64,000 bases of DNA. It comes from Bacteroidales bacterium UBA5515. GTDB taxonomy: Bacteria > Bacteroidota > Bacteroidia > Bacteroidales > P3. The stretch's first letter is position 1. The number at the start of each line of letters is the position of its first letter. The stretch is from assembly GCA_002423895.1 (NCBI GenBank), contig DIOL01000035.1:2161-66160 (forward strand). The letters are read 5' to 3'. Positions 34,913 through 45,676 of the stretch are shown piece after piece. The notes below the pieces were generated by a model, which worked only from the letters and a program-made list of their open reading frames with translations, was not told where the DNA came from and ran no database searches. The position numbers and the translations under genes were made by a program.

Positions 34913-36253
34913 TTAACTAAATAAATTTATCAGTTTTTGAGCTGATTCTGGAATTGTGAAAGCAACAACATTATCATTAGCCATTATTTGAGTATCTCCA
35001 TTAGCAATTATTGCTTTCCCTTCTCTAATTATTCCTCCAATATTAACTCCATTTGGAAAACGAATATCTTTTAATTGTTTCTTTGTGATTGAAGAGTTCT
35101 TCTGTGCAATTATTTCAATTAAATCAGCATCAATTCCTGAAAGCCATTTTGAAGAAGTAATTTCTCCTCCTAATGTGAAACGAGTAATGTAGCTGGCAGT
35201 AATAAGTTTTTTATTGATTATTGTGTCAATACCTATATCTTGCGAAACATCAATATAGTTTACATTTTCAACCAAAGCAACTGTTTTCTTTACGCCTTGT
35301 CTATGTGCATAAATGCAAGCCATGATATTTGTTTCGGTAGAGTTTGTTAGTGAAATGAAAGCATCTGTTTCATTAATGCCTTCTTCTTGAAGCATGTTTA
35401 TATCACTTCCATTTCCATTAATAATCATTACATCATCAAACTCATTTGCCAAGCGATTGCAACGTTCAATGTCTTGGTCAATTATTTTTAGGTTTATCTT
35501 ATCGTGAAGGTTTATTGCAGCTCTTCTTCCAATTCTTCCTCCTCCAACAATCATAGCGTTTTTGATTGTGAAATCTTTCTTTCCACTTATTTCCTTTATC
35601 TTCTCTACCTTATCTACAGTTGTTATTAGATAAACTAAGTCATTAATAATATACTTTTCATCTCCGTTAGGGATGATTGTTGTCCCTCTACGAATAATAC
35701 AAACTGTTCTAATTCCCAAATTAGGGTATTCTTTTGCAACTTCAATAAGACTTTTGTTGATAAAAAGTGATTTATTGTCAATTCTTATCATATAAATTCT
35801 TAGAAGTCCATTTGCAAAATCAAATAGTTCTGTTGAAATATTTCGAGTAAGAAGATTTGATATTTCTTTTGCAGCAATCTTTTCAGGACAAACAAGTTCA
35901 TCAACCCCCATGCCTTTAAACATTCCTTTGTTTATGTCATTCAAATACTCTTGAGTATTTACTCTGGCAATTGTTCTTTTTGCTCCCAAACGCTTACCAA
36001 GCATACAAGTAATGATATTTATGCTTTCCTCATGCAAAACGGCAATTAATAAGTCGGCTTTTTCAACTCCAGCTTGTCGCAATGTTTCCAAAGAGGTTGA
36101 ATTTCCAGCAATGGTTAAAAGATCCGATTCTGCTTCAAGCATTTTCAACAGTTCAGAATTAGGGTCCACAACAGTAATATCATGTCTGCTCTTTGAAAGA
36201 GAACGTGCTAAGTGAAACCCTACTTCACCATCACCTGCAATAACTATATTCAT
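34913..36253 (-). CDS. trkA: Potassium uptake protein TrkA (tandem RCK/NAD-binding)
   Basis: MNIVIAGDGEVG and a second MIVGGGRIG Rossmann motif. The ATG is at 36253; the track start at 36259 is a TTG. Confidence 0.9.
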   Translation of the reverse strand: MNIVIAGDGEVGFHLARSLSKSRHDITVVDPNSELLKMLEAESDLLTIAGNSTSLETLRQAGVEKADLLIAVLHEESINIITCMLGKRLGAKRTIARVNTQEYLNDINKGMFKGMGVDELVCPEKIAAKEISNLLTRNISTELFDFANGLLRIYMIRIDNKSLFINKSLIEVAKEYPNLGIRTVCIIRRGTTIIPNGDEKYIINDLVYLITTVDKVEKIKEISGKKDFTIKNAMIVGGGRIGRRAAINLHDKINLKIIDQDIERCNRLANEFDDVMIINGNGSDINMLQEEGINETDAFISLTNSTETNIMACIYAHRQGVKKTVALVENVNYIDVSQDIGIDTIINKKLITASYITRFTLGGEITSSKWLSGIDADLIEIIAQKNSSITKKQLKDIRFPNGVNIGGIIREGKAIIANGDTQIMANDNVVAFTIPESAQKLINLFS

Positions 36254-36293
36254 AAACAAAATTACTTATTAATAAAATACCATTTTTTCACGG

Positions 36294-36320
36294 CAAAGTT
36301 AATATTTTTTTCTAAATTTG
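36294..36320. promoter_or_regulatory. Divergent -7 boxes for trkA (minus strand, 36294-36301) and kbl (plus strand, 36313-36320)
   Basis: CAAAGTTA (reverse complement TAACTTTG) and TAaaTTTG. Confidence 0.45.
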
Positions 36321-36395
36321 CAGCTTATTATATAACTAATATCTATTAGTTTTATGATAATACAAAAACAGTAATAACATTAAAAATATAGACTT

Positions 36396-37586
36396 ATGTA
36401 CGAAAAGTTTCAAAATTTCCTACAAACAGAAATAGCAGGGATTAAAGACGCTGGTCTTTACAAAAATGAAAGAGTTATTATTACTCCTCAATCAGCTGCA
36501 ATTAAAACTGCAGAAGCTGGCAATGTATTAAATTTCTGTGCTAACAATTATTTAGGATTAGCAGATAGTAAAGTATTAATTGAAGCAGCAAAGAAAGCAT
36601 TGGACGAAAGAGGTTATGGTATGAGTTCTGTTCGTTTTATTTGTGGAACACAAGACTTGCACAAAGAATTAGAAAAGAAAATATCTGATTTCTTTGGAAC
36701 AGAAGATACTATTCTTTATGCTGCATGTTTTGATGCTAATGGTGGAGTTTTTGAACCTTTATTAAATGAAGAAGATGCAATTATATCAGATTCATTAAAC
36801 CATGCTTCAATTATTGATGGTGTTCGTTTATGTAAAGCTCAACGTTTCCGTTATGCTAATGCAGATATGGCAGACCTTGAAAAACAACTTCAAGATGCTC
36901 AAAAATGTCGTTTCAGATTAGTTGTAACTGATGGTGTGTTCTCAATGGACGGTAATGTTGCACCTTTAGATAAGATTTATGCTCTTGCTCAAAAATATGA
37001 TGCAATGATAATGGTTGATGAATCACATTCAGCAGGTGTTTGTGGTCATACAGGAAGAGGAACTACTGAACAATATAATTTAAGAGGTAAAGTAGAAATA
37101 TTAACAGGAACACTAGGAAAAGCATTTGGTGGTGCAGTTGGTGGATTTACTACAGGTAAGAGAGAAATAATAGAAATGTTACGTCAACGTTCTCGTCCAT
37201 ATTTATTCTCAAACTCAATTCCTCCAATGATTGCAGCAGCAGGTATTGCTATGTTTGATCTTATTGACAAAACTAATACTCTTCAAGATAAACTACATTC
37301 AAATACATCTTATTTTGTAGAAAAGATGAAAGCAGCTGGATTTGATATTAAACCAACTCAATCTGCTATTTGTGCAGTTATGCTTTATGATGCAAAACTT
37401 TCACAAGACTTTGCTGCAGAACTACAAAAAGAAGGAATATTTGTAACAGGATTCTATTATCCAGTTGTTCCAAAAGGACAAGCAAGAATTCGTGTACAAG
37501 TTTCTGCTGCTCACGAAATAGAACATTTAGATAAATGTATAGCAGCATTCACGAAAATTGGAAAGAAATTAGGTATATTGAAATAA
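36396..37586 (+). CDS. kbl: 2-amino-3-ketobutyrate CoA ligase (glycine C-acetyltransferase)
   Basis: Fold-type I PLP enzyme with FCANNYLGL, DESHSAG and TLGKA (PLP lysine). Followed by tdh. Confidence 0.9.
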   Translation: MYEKFQNFLQTEIAGIKDAGLYKNERVIITPQSAAIKTAEAGNVLNFCANNYLGLADSKVLIEAAKKALDERGYGMSSVRFICGTQDLHKELEKKISDFFGTEDTILYAACFDANGGVFEPLLNEEDAIISDSLNHASIIDGVRLCKAQRFRYANADMADLEKQLQDAQKCRFRLVVTDGVFSMDGNVAPLDKIYALAQKYDAMIMVDESHSAGVCGHTGRGTTEQYNLRGKVEILTGTLGKAFGGAVGGFTTGKREIIEMLRQRSRPYLFSNSIPPMIAAAGIAMFDLIDKTNTLQDKLHSNTSYFVEKMKAAGFDIKPTQSAICAVMLYDAKLSQDFAAELQKEGIFVTGFYYPVVPKGQARIRVQVSAAHEIEHLDKCIAAFTKIGKKLGILK

Positions 37587-37605
37587 TCAATAGAAAAGTT
37601 TTTAG

Positions 37606-38559
37606 ATGAAAAAAATATTAGTATTAGGCTCAGGTGGACAAATAGGTTCAGAGCTTACGATGCGTTTAAGAAGCGTTTATGGTGGAGCAAATGTTGTTGC
37701 AGCAGATATTAAATTACCATTGATTGATGATATTATGCAATCAGGTCCAGTTGAACAATGTGATGCAACAAATGCAGCTCAAATAGCAGAAATAGTAAAG
37801 AAACATAATATAGATGCAATATATAACCTTGTAGCTATTTTGTCAGCAACAGCAGAAAAGAATCCAATGTTAGGCTGGAATATTGGTATGGGAGCTTTAT
37901 TAAACTGTTTGGAAGTTGCAAGAGAAAATAACTGTGCAATATTTACACCAAGTTCAATTGGAGCTTTTGGAGCATCCACACCACTTGACGGAACTCCACA
38001 AGATACAATTCAAAGACCAAACACAATTTATGGAGTAACAAAGGTTGCAGGTGAATTATTAGGAGATTATTATTTTACCCGTTTTGGAGTTGATGCACGT
38101 TCAGTACGTTTCCCAGGACTTATCTCAAATGTAACCCTTCCTGGCGGAGGAACAACAGACTATGCAGTTGAAATATACTATGCAGCAGTTAAAGGAGAAA
38201 AGTTCTCTTGTCCACTAAAGAAAGGTACATTATTAGATATGATGTATATGCCAGATGCACTTGATGCAGCCATAAATATTATGGAAGCAGACCCATCAAA
38301 ACTAATACATAGAAACTCTTTCAATGTAACAGCAATGCACTTTGACCCAGAAGAAATCTATGCTGAAATAAAAAAGCATAAACCTGATTTTGTTATGGAA
38401 TATCAATTAGATGACATGCGTCAAAAGATAGCTGATTCATGGCCAAATTGGATGGATGACTCATGTGCAAGAGAAGAATGGGGTTTCAAACCTAAATTCA
38501 ATCTTCAAAACATGACAGTAGATATGTTAGATATCTTAAGCAAGAAATTTGGAAAATAA
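37606..38559 (+). CDS. tdh: L-threonine 3-dehydrogenase, short-chain (NAD-dependent epimerase-like) type
   Basis: GSGGQIGSEL Rossmann motif, YGVTK catalytic motif, and operon pairing with kbl. Confidence 0.8.
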   Translation: MKKILVLGSGGQIGSELTMRLRSVYGGANVVAADIKLPLIDDIMQSGPVEQCDATNAAQIAEIVKKHNIDAIYNLVAILSATAEKNPMLGWNIGMGALLNCLEVARENNCAIFTPSSIGAFGASTPLDGTPQDTIQRPNTIYGVTKVAGELLGDYYFTRFGVDARSVRFPGLISNVTLPGGGTTDYAVEIYYAAVKGEKFSCPLKKGTLLDMMYMPDALDAAINIMEADPSKLIHRNSFNVTAMHFDPEEIYAEIKKHKPDFVMEYQLDDMRQKIADSWPNWMDDSCAREEWGFKPKFNLQNMTVDMLDILSKKFGK

Positions 38560-38607
38560 TATTTCTTTTGTGTAATAAATCCTACACATTAAGGATTTAT
38601 AGTTAAA

Positions 38608-38648
38608 GAGTCTGATATTAAATTTCTAATATCAGACTCTTTTTTATT
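38608..38648 (+). terminator. Rho-independent terminator of kbl-tdh
   Basis: 14-bp stem AGAGTCTGATATTA/TAATATCAGACTCT followed by TTTTTTATT. Confidence 0.8.
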
Positions 38649-38689
38649 GTAGAAATTGTATATTATATGCTATATGGCTATTGAGAATA

Positions 38690-39559
38690 TTAGTTTTTAA
38701 TTATTTTCTTTGTGGTTACATGCATATCATTATTGTAAAAACTAAAGAAATATATTCCCGATTTATCTGTAGACATATCAATTGTGTTATAGCCCTTTTT
38801 GATTAATTCCAAACGTAGTTCTTGCCCTAAATTATTATATATTTTAACGAAATAATCATCATTAGACTCAATTATTAGCTTGTCTTTAACAGGATTTGGA
38901 GATATTTTTATATTATTGTCTTGACTAATATTATCTAAGCCTATCTTTACGTTTGAGACATTAATATGATAATTTATCTCAACACCATCTTGTTGAATTT
39001 TAAATCCAATATTTTGAATATTTGGACAATAACTTTCTCCAAATATTGTGTCAATAAGAAATGCATCATGTACAGAGGTGTCAATTGTATCAGTTTCAAA
39101 TAGTATTTTTGTTTCAATATCAGATATTCGCAGTAAAGAAAGTTTATTATTATCATATGAACCTCTTAACAATGCATATCCAGTATTTTGATTAATCATA
39201 TTTATTTCTTCAATTTCATAATAGCCCAAATGACAAAAAGGAGCCCAAGAATTTCCAGCATCTAAAGTTATATTAGAAAATAAAAACCCAGCCCCATTTA
39301 CAACTATAAGAACAATGGAGTCAGTAAAAACTTCCATTTTATCTATATTACAACAGCCCATCATCCCAGATTCTGATCTAATGAGTGTGCTATTGCGAAA
39401 TACATCATACCTATTTCCATGTGCTTCAATTTGAGTATTTGTATATGTATAAGTAAATGTAACAGGAGGGTCACAAATATCATTTATCTTGCCTACATAA
39501 CTCCATTGAGCAAAAATTTGCAAAGGCATCAAAGCCAAAAGAAATAATAATTTTTTCAT
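38690..39559 (-). CDS. Secreted protein with a T9SS C-terminal sorting domain
   Basis: Signal peptide, and a C-terminal ISPNPVKDKLIIES...GIYFFSF Por_Secre_tail-like domain. Confidence 0.7.
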   Translation of the reverse strand: MKKLLFLLALMPLQIFAQWSYVGKINDICDPPVTFTYTYTNTQIEAHGNRYDVFRNSTLIRSESGMMGCCNIDKMEVFTDSIVLIVVNGAGFLFSNITLDAGNSWAPFCHLGYYEIEEINMINQNTGYALLRGSYDNNKLSLLRISDIETKILFETDTIDTSVHDAFLIDTIFGESYCPNIQNIGFKIQQDGVEINYHINVSNVKIGLDNISQDNNIKISPNPVKDKLIIESNDDYFVKIYNNLGQELRLELIKKGYNTIDMSTDKSGIYFFSFYNNDMHVTTKKIIKN

Positions 39560-39661
39560 AATATAATACTTTTTATCATTCTAATTTAATGAGCAAATAT
39601 ACAACAAAATAAAAATAGAGTAAATAAAATATATTTTTTTTTAGAATAGAAAAAATATTTT

Positions 39662-40408
39662 CTAATGTGTATGTGCAGGAAGAAGAAGTACTATTGCAAA
39701 TGCTAATATTACAATCAAGAAACGTGTTAGATTATACTTATGACTTTCTTCAGAATCGAATAGGGTAGTTATTGAAACATGCAATAAAATACCAACAACA
39801 ATACCAAGTATAATATTTTGATATGGATGAAGAATTTCAAGGTTTTGATTTAACAAAGAACCAATTATTGCCATCACTGCAAAAACACTTAAGAGTAATA
39901 AAGACTTAACTTTAGTTAATCCACTTTGCATAAATGCACCCACTAAAATTATACTTAAAGGTATATTATGTATTATTATTCCTGTTATCATTGAAACATT
40001 TGGCTCACCATTATTAACAATTGGGAAACCTTCCAAAAAGGCATGAATGCTTACTCCAACAAGGAGCATAATTGAAGAAACTAAGCTTTTCTTTTCATTA
40101 TTATTATGAATATGACCATGTTCAGCTCCATGAGAGAGTTGTTCTAAAAGAAGTTGAATAAGGAATCCTACAAGAATAAAAGCTCCAGCAGGTATTATTG
40201 AATGTTCAGAATGCTCACAACCAGAATGTGAATGAGATTCAAACATAGATGGTATTAAGTCAACAAAACACACAGCAAAAAGAAAGGCTCCACCAAATAC
40301 AGTAATGAGTTTAAGAGTCTTTTTGCTGCTTTTGTTAAACGTAAAAACACTAATACCACTAACTAATGAGCCAAAGAAAAGAGCCAGATATGCAATTATT
40401 GCTTCCAT
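39662..40408 (-). CDS. ZIP-family metal (zinc) transporter
   Basis: Eight TM segments, a His-rich loop (HSHSGCEHSEH; GAEHGHIH), and a HNIP motif. Confidence 0.8.
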   Translation of the reverse strand: MEAIIAYLALFFGSLVSGISVFTFNKSSKKTLKLITVFGGAFLFAVCFVDLIPSMFESHSHSGCEHSEHSIIPAGAFILVGFLIQLLLEQLSHGAEHGHIHNNNEKKSLVSSIMLLVGVSIHAFLEGFPIVNNGEPNVSMITGIIIHNIPLSIILVGAFMQSGLTKVKSLLLLSVFAVMAIIGSLLNQNLEILHPYQNIILGIVVGILLHVSITTLFDSEESHKYNLTRFLIVILAFAIVLLLPAHTH

Positions 40409-40508
40409 ATTTTTAAATATTTTTATGGTACAAAATTAATATTATAATTGATAATAATCAAAGTAAATAGTAGAAAATAACTATCTTTGCATACTTAAAA
40501 ATAAGAAA

Positions 40509-41225
40509 ATGGGAGTAATAAAATGGATAACAGGTCTCTTGGGATTTCTTTTTGGAGGGGGATTCATAGGAGGTTTTATTGGCTATGCTGCAGGAAGCCT
40601 TTTAGAAGGACTTGTTAAAAAGGAATATAAGTCTGGTACTACAAGGCAGGGAGATTTCTCAATTAGCCTTCTTATATTGGCTGCTCAGGTAATGAAAACT
40701 GACGGAAAAGTAATGCGAAGTGAGTTGGATTTTGTTAAAGACTTTTTTGTTAGGAACTTTGGAATAGAACATACTAATAATCGTTTAGCAATACTTAAGG
40801 AACTTTTAGATAAGGATATTGACATCCAAGAAGCATGTAACCAAATCAGAACAAATCTAAACTACTCCAATAGATTACAACTTCTACATTATTTATTTGG
40901 ACTTGCCAACTCCGATAAAGCTTGTTCTCAAAAGGAAAGAGATATGATTTACTATATCTCACAACTGCTTTGGCTTAATGAAGCAGACTTCAAAACCATT
41001 GAAGCAATGTATTTCAAGACAGCCGATTCAGCTTATACAATTCTTCAAGTTGGAAGAGATGCAAGCGATGAAGAAATTAAAAGCTCTTATAGAAAATTAG
41101 CAAAGAAATATCATCCAGATAAACTTTCTTCATTGGGAGAAGACGCACAAAAGGCAGCAAAAGAAAAGTTTCAGGAGATTAATAACGCTTACGAAACAAT
41201 TAAAAAGGAAAGAAATATAAACTAA
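40509..41225 (+). CDS. DjlA-like co-chaperone (TerB-like domain plus C-terminal J domain)
   Basis: N-terminal Gly-rich TM segment, TerB-like middle region, and a C-terminal [13 protein letters not shown]-domain. Confidence 0.75.
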   Translation: MGVIKWITGLLGFLFGGGFIGGFIGYAAGSLLEGLVKKEYKSGTTRQGDFSISLLILAAQVMKTDGKVMRSELDFVKDFFVRNFGIEHTNNRLAILKELLDKDIDIQEACNQIRTNLNYSNRLQLLHYLFGLANSDKACSQKERDMIYYISQLLWLNEADFKTIEAMYFKTADSAYTILQVGRDASDEEIKSSYRKLAKKYHPDKLSSLGEDAQKAAKEKFQEINNAYETIKKERNIN

Positions 41226-41238
41226 TTCCAAGATATAG

Positions 41239-43335
41239 ATGATTCTAACTCACAATTCCTTCTGGTATTTAATTCCAATTCTGCTAATCTCTTTTGCAGT
41301 ATCATCTCTCTTGTATCACTATTCAAAAGGAGCAAAAACTTATACTAAAAAACAAAGAATCCTTCTTTTCTCACTTCGATTTCTTGCTTTTTTCCTTGCA
41401 TTATCTCTTTTTTTAATGCCTTCAATCAAGATAAAAGACAAAGAAATTCAAAAACCAATCATACTTATTGCGCAAGATAATTCTTCTTCAATTTTAATGT
41501 GTAAGGATTCCACATTTTATAAAACCAAGTTCTTAAATGAAATAGAAGAGATTTTCAAAGATCTTAAGTCAGATTATGAAATTAAGTTTTTTAGATTTGG
41601 AAATCAAGCAAAAGAGATAAGTAATATAAAAGAAATTAACTACAAAGATAACACGACAGATATGTCGGAACTTTTGCAAATGGTTAATGATAACTACTCC
41701 AATCTCAATCTTTCTACTTTGATAATATGTTCTGATGGAATAATCAATAAAGGCATAAGTCCTTTAAACCAAATTAAAGATTTCTCTTATCCCATCTTTA
41801 CTGTAGCAATGGGCGATACTACAATTAAAAAAGATATTTCCATAACTGAAATTAGATATAATAGAATTGCTTATCTAAACAATAAGTTTCCTTTAGAAAT
41901 TGTGGTCTTAGCTCAAAAGGCAAAGGGCTCAAACTCTGTTTTGAGAGTTATGAAAGAAGGAAAAACATTGTTTGAAGAGAAGTTTTCTATAGACAATGAA
42001 ACCTATTCAAAGCAATTCAATACAATACTTAATGCCGATAAAGTAGGAATTCAGCGTTACACTATCTCTGTTCAACCTGTCGATAATGAACAAACCACAA
42101 CAAATAACACAAGAGATATTTTTGTTGAAGTATTAGATGGAAGACAGAAAGTATTACTTTTGGCTAATTCTCCTTCTCCAGATATTGCAGCAATAAAACA
42201 AGCAATAGAGAATAATGAAAACTATGAAGTAGAATCGTTTCTGTTTAATAAATTTGACAAGAAAAATTCTTTAAAAGAATATAATATTGCAATACTTCAT
42301 CAAATTCCATCTTCCAATCCAGAGCATAGAAAACTAATAGAAAACCTGACAAAAGAAAATATCCCAATACTATATATAATAGGGCAGCAAACCGATATGC
42401 CTTATTTTAATAAAGTACAAAAAGGTTTACAGATAACACAAACTAAATCAACACTCAATCAAGTTACTCCAATCTTAAATTCTAATTTTACACTTTTCTC
42501 AATTTCTACTCAAACACAAGATATAATAAATCAATTTCCACCTTTGCAATCACCTTTTGGAAAGTATAACTTATCTGCAAATCTTCAAAGCCTAATGTTT
42601 CAAAAAGCTGGAACAATAAGTACAGATTATCCTTTAATATGTTTTTCTAATTCTAATTTAGAAAGAACAGGAATTATAGTAGGAGAGGGCTTTTGGCGTT
42701 GGAGAATGCAAAACTATTTAATAAATCAAACTCATTCAGAGGCTGACGAAATAATAAATAAAAGCATTCAATATCTTGCTTCAAGAGTTAATAAAAGCCG
42801 TTTTAGAGTAATATGTAATAATGTTTTTGCTGAGAATGAACCAATCCTTATGGATGCTGAACTCTATAATGAAAGTTATGAATTAGTAAATACTCCAGAA
42901 GTAAAGCTTACCATTACTGACAGCAAAGGCACAAAGTACCCATTCATATTCTCAAAAACAATTAATTCTTATCACCTGAATGCAGGAGTTTTCCCTTCTG
43001 GAAAATATACCTATAACGCTTCCACTCAATTTGGAGGAAGTACTTTTACTGCAAGTGGAGTCTTCTATGTTTCAACTCAAAATCTTGAAGCAATTAATTT
43101 TGTTGCTGATCATAACCTGCTTTATAATATTTCTAATCAATCGGATGCAAAGATGATTTATCCAAATCAAATTAAACAATTAAAGGACTTAATTAAAGAA
43201 AGAAAAGATATTAAACCATTAATAACTCAAACAATAACAAATAAAAACCTTATTGACCAGTGGTGGTATTTGGCACTTATAGTTTTATTATTTGCTGCTG
43301 AATGGTTTTTGAGGAAGTATTGGGGAAGTATATAA
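41239..43335 (+). CDS. Large membrane-anchored conserved protein of uncertain function
   Basis: N- and C-terminal TM helices and a GEGFWRWRMQNY motif. I could not assign a family with confidence. Confidence 0.55.
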   Translation: MILTHNSFWYLIPILLISFAVSSLLYHYSKGAKTYTKKQRILLFSLRFLAFFLALSLFLMPSIKIKDKEIQKPIILIAQDNSSSILMCKDSTFYKTKFLNEIEEIFKDLKSDYEIKFFRFGNQAKEISNIKEINYKDNTTDMSELLQMVNDNYSNLNLSTLIICSDGIINKGISPLNQIKDFSYPIFTVAMGDTTIKKDISITEIRYNRIAYLNNKFPLEIVVLAQKAKGSNSVLRVMKEGKTLFEEKFSIDNETYSKQFNTILNADKVGIQRYTISVQPVDNEQTTTNNTRDIFVEVLDGRQKVLLLANSPSPDIAAIKQAIENNENYEVESFLFNKFDKKNSLKEYNIAILHQIPSSNPEHRKLIENLTKENIPILYIIGQQTDMPYFNKVQKGLQITQTKSTLNQVTPILNSNFTLFSISTQTQDIINQFPPLQSPFGKYNLSANLQSLMFQKAGTISTDYPLICFSNSNLERTGIIVGEGFWRWRMQNYLINQTHSEADEIINKSIQYLASRVNKSRFRVICNNVFAENEPILMDAELYNESYELVNTPEVKLTITDSKGTKYPFIFSKTINSYHLNAGVFPSGKYTYNASTQFGGSTFTASGVFYVSTQNLEAINFVADHNLLYNISNQSDAKMIYPNQIKQLKDLIKERKDIKPLITQTITNKNLIDQWWYLALIVLLFAAEWFLRKYWGSI

Positions 43336-43349
43336 TATAATACATTATT

Positions 43350-44135
43350 ATGGATATAAAAGAATTGAACGTAAAGACTAAGAATAACAAAAAACTCAAT
43401 CATCCTTGGGAAATGGCAAGGATAGAGGTTGTTTTAGATATATTGAAGCCATTATTAAAGGATAAAACTACTGAGAAAAATGTTTTGGATATTGGTTGTG
43501 GTGATGTTTTCTTTATCAGTGAGTTCTATAAAAGATATCCAAACTTTAAACCTTCGGCTGTAGATATTGCTTTTACAGATGAGATTATTAATAATTTGAA
43601 ACAAGAATACTCTTCTTTCCCAATAGATTACTATAAGGATGTTAAAGATGTTAATTTAACTTGTGGAAATGCTGATTTAATTTTCTTTTTAGATGTAATT
43701 GAGCATATAGAAAACGATATTGACTTCCTAAAAGGCATAAAAGAACTTCCTTATGTTGATAATGATAGCTTATTTGTTATAACTGTTCCTGCTTTTCAAG
43801 GATTGTTTTGCAATCATGACAAATGGCTTGGACATTATAGAAGATATTCCAATAAAATGTTAAGAGAACATATCTCAAAGGCTGGTCTAACAGAAGTTAA
43901 GAGTGGATATTTTTTCTTCTCACTTTTGATTCCTCGTATTATTCAACAGCTTATTGAAAAACCTTCCAATGAAGATAAGGTTGAAGGAATAGGAAACTGG
44001 AATAAAGGAAAGGCTGTAACTAATATTTATAAGTCAATTCTTACTTTTGATTACTATTTCACAAAGGTATTATCAAAAATTGGAATCCGCCTTCCTGGAC
44101 TTTCTACTTATATTATTTGTAAAAAAGCATTATAA
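43350..44135 (+). CDS. Class I SAM-dependent methyltransferase
   Basis: VLDIGCGDV motif I, and the FFLDVIEHI motif typical of the Methyltransf_11/23 families. Confidence 0.75.
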   Translation: MDIKELNVKTKNNKKLNHPWEMARIEVVLDILKPLLKDKTTEKNVLDIGCGDVFFISEFYKRYPNFKPSAVDIAFTDEIINNLKQEYSSFPIDYYKDVKDVNLTCGNADLIFFLDVIEHIENDIDFLKGIKELPYVDNDSLFVITVPAFQGLFCNHDKWLGHYRRYSNKMLREHISKAGLTEVKSGYFFFSLLIPRIIQQLIEKPSNEDKVEGIGNWNKGKAVTNIYKSILTFDYYFTKVLSKIGIRLPGLSTYIICKKAL

Positions 44136-45347
44136 AAGCATAGTCTTGGCTCTCTTTAAGCCTTCAATAAATATATCTATATCTTCTTTTGAGGTGTAAA
44201 CGCCAAAGGAAACTCTTGCTGTACCAACAATATTATAATGTTTCATCACTGTTTGTGCACAATGGTGTCCTGTTCTTATGGCAATTCCCATTTGGTCTAA
44301 AAGTGTTCCTACATCAAAAGGATGAACATCTTTTAAATTAAAAGAAATTGCTCCTGCTTTATGTGGAGTTGTGCCATATATCTTGATATCATCCAAAGAT
44401 AGAAGTTTTTCTGAGGTGTATTGCATTAGAAATTCTTCATGCTTTTCTATAAAATCAAATCCTATCTCATTAATATACTCTATTGCTGCATTAAATCCTA
44501 AAACATCTGCAACAGAAGGAGTACCTGCTTCAAATTTAAAAGGCAATTCGTTGAAAGTTGTTCCCTCAAAAGAAACTTCCTTTATCATTTCTCCACCTCC
44601 ATGATAGGGTGGCATGGCTTCAAGATATTTCTTCTTACCATAAAGAACTCCAATTCCCATTGGTCCATAAAGTTTATGGGCTGAAAAAGCATAAAAATCA
44701 CAATCCAACTCCTCAACGTTTATCTTAAAATGAGGAACTCCCTGTGCTCCATCAATAAGTACAGGAATATCTTTCTTGTGAGCAAGTTCAATAACTTCTT
44801 TAATTGGATTAACAACTCCCAAAGCATTGGAAACATGAGTTAGTGCAACTAATTTAGTCTTTGAATTTAAAAGAGATTTGAATGTTTCCATATCCAATTC
44901 TCCTCTATCCTTAAATGGAAGTACTCTGATTTCGAATTTATATTTGTTTTGAGCCAATTGCCATGGAACAATATTGGAGTGATGTTCCATTTCCGAAACA
45001 ATAATTTCATCTCCTTCCTTAACAAATTCCTGACAGAAAGTTGAGGCAACAAGATTAATGCTTTCAGTTGTTCCTCTTGTAAAGATAATTTCCTGAGAAT
45101 GTTTTGCCCCAATAAAGTTTTGAACATTTTTTCTTGTTTTCTCAAACTCATCGGTTGCTTTCTGGCTAAGCAAATGAACTCCTCTATGAACATTTGCATT
45201 AAGATGAAGATAATAATTGCTCATTGCATCAATCACCTTAAGAGGTTTTTGAGAAGTTGCAGCGTTATCCAAATAAACAAGAGGCTTATTGTAAATCTTT
45301 TCTTCAAGTATTGGAAAATCCTTGCGAATATCGTTTATTGTTTTCAT
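44130..45347 (-). CDS. sufS: Cysteine desulfurase, SufS subfamily
   Basis: YLDNAATSQKP, the SAHKLYGP PLP lysine, and the RTGHHCAQ active-site Cys loop. Confidence 0.9.
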   Translation of the reverse strand: MKTINDIRKDFPILEEKIYNKPLVYLDNAATSQKPLKVIDAMSNYYLHLNANVHRGVHLLSQKATDEFEKTRKNVQNFIGAKHSQEIIFTRGTTESINLVASTFCQEFVKEGDEIIVSEMEHHSNIVPWQLAQNKYKFEIRVLPFKDRGELDMETFKSLLNSKTKLVALTHVSNALGVVNPIKEVIELAHKKDIPVLIDGAQGVPHFKINVEELDCDFYAFSAHKLYGPMGIGVLYGKKKYLEAMPPYHGGGEMIKEVSFEGTTFNELPFKFEAGTPSVADVLGFNAAIEYINEIGFDFIEKHEEFLMQYTSEKLLSLDDIKIYGTTPHKAGAISFNLKDVHPFDVGTLLDQMGIAIRTGHHCAQTVMKHYNIVGTARVSFGVYTSKEDIDIFIEGLKRAKTMLL

Positions 45348-45427
45348 TTCAGGTAAATCATTTATGGTTAATTCTTTTCTTAATCCCTTTATTTATTTGG
45401 AATAATACCTAATCTTTTTCAAATTAG

Positions 45428-45648
45428 ATCAAGATATTTCGTCCTGCAACTTGATTATTTTGTCGTCAGACTTGATTATTTTGTCCTCAGAAGGCTTCCT
45501 TATGCTCTATAAAGCCGCTTTTTAACCAGAAAAAGTGGCTTTTTTGGGTGAAAAAAGCGGCTTTGGAGACCTCCAACTCTTGATTAAAATCCTAAAAGAT
45601 CAAGTCTAAATTCTAAATAATCAAGTTCCAGAACAAAATATCTTGATA
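45428..45648. repeat. Phased array E: about 220-bp imperfect palindrome built from about 10 units of 21-22 bp (MITE-like)
   Basis: The left arm ATCAAGATATTTCGTCC plus 2x CTTGATTATTTTGTC is mirrored on the right by AAATAATCAAG and GAACAAAATATCTTGAT. The centre holds three AAAGC(C/G)GCTTT / AAAAGTGGCTTTT dyads at 45516, 45537 and 45559. The symmetry axis lies at about 45537. Confidence 0.85.
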
Positions 45649-45676
45649 AAAAGTATGTTTGTGTTGTTGTCTCTTT

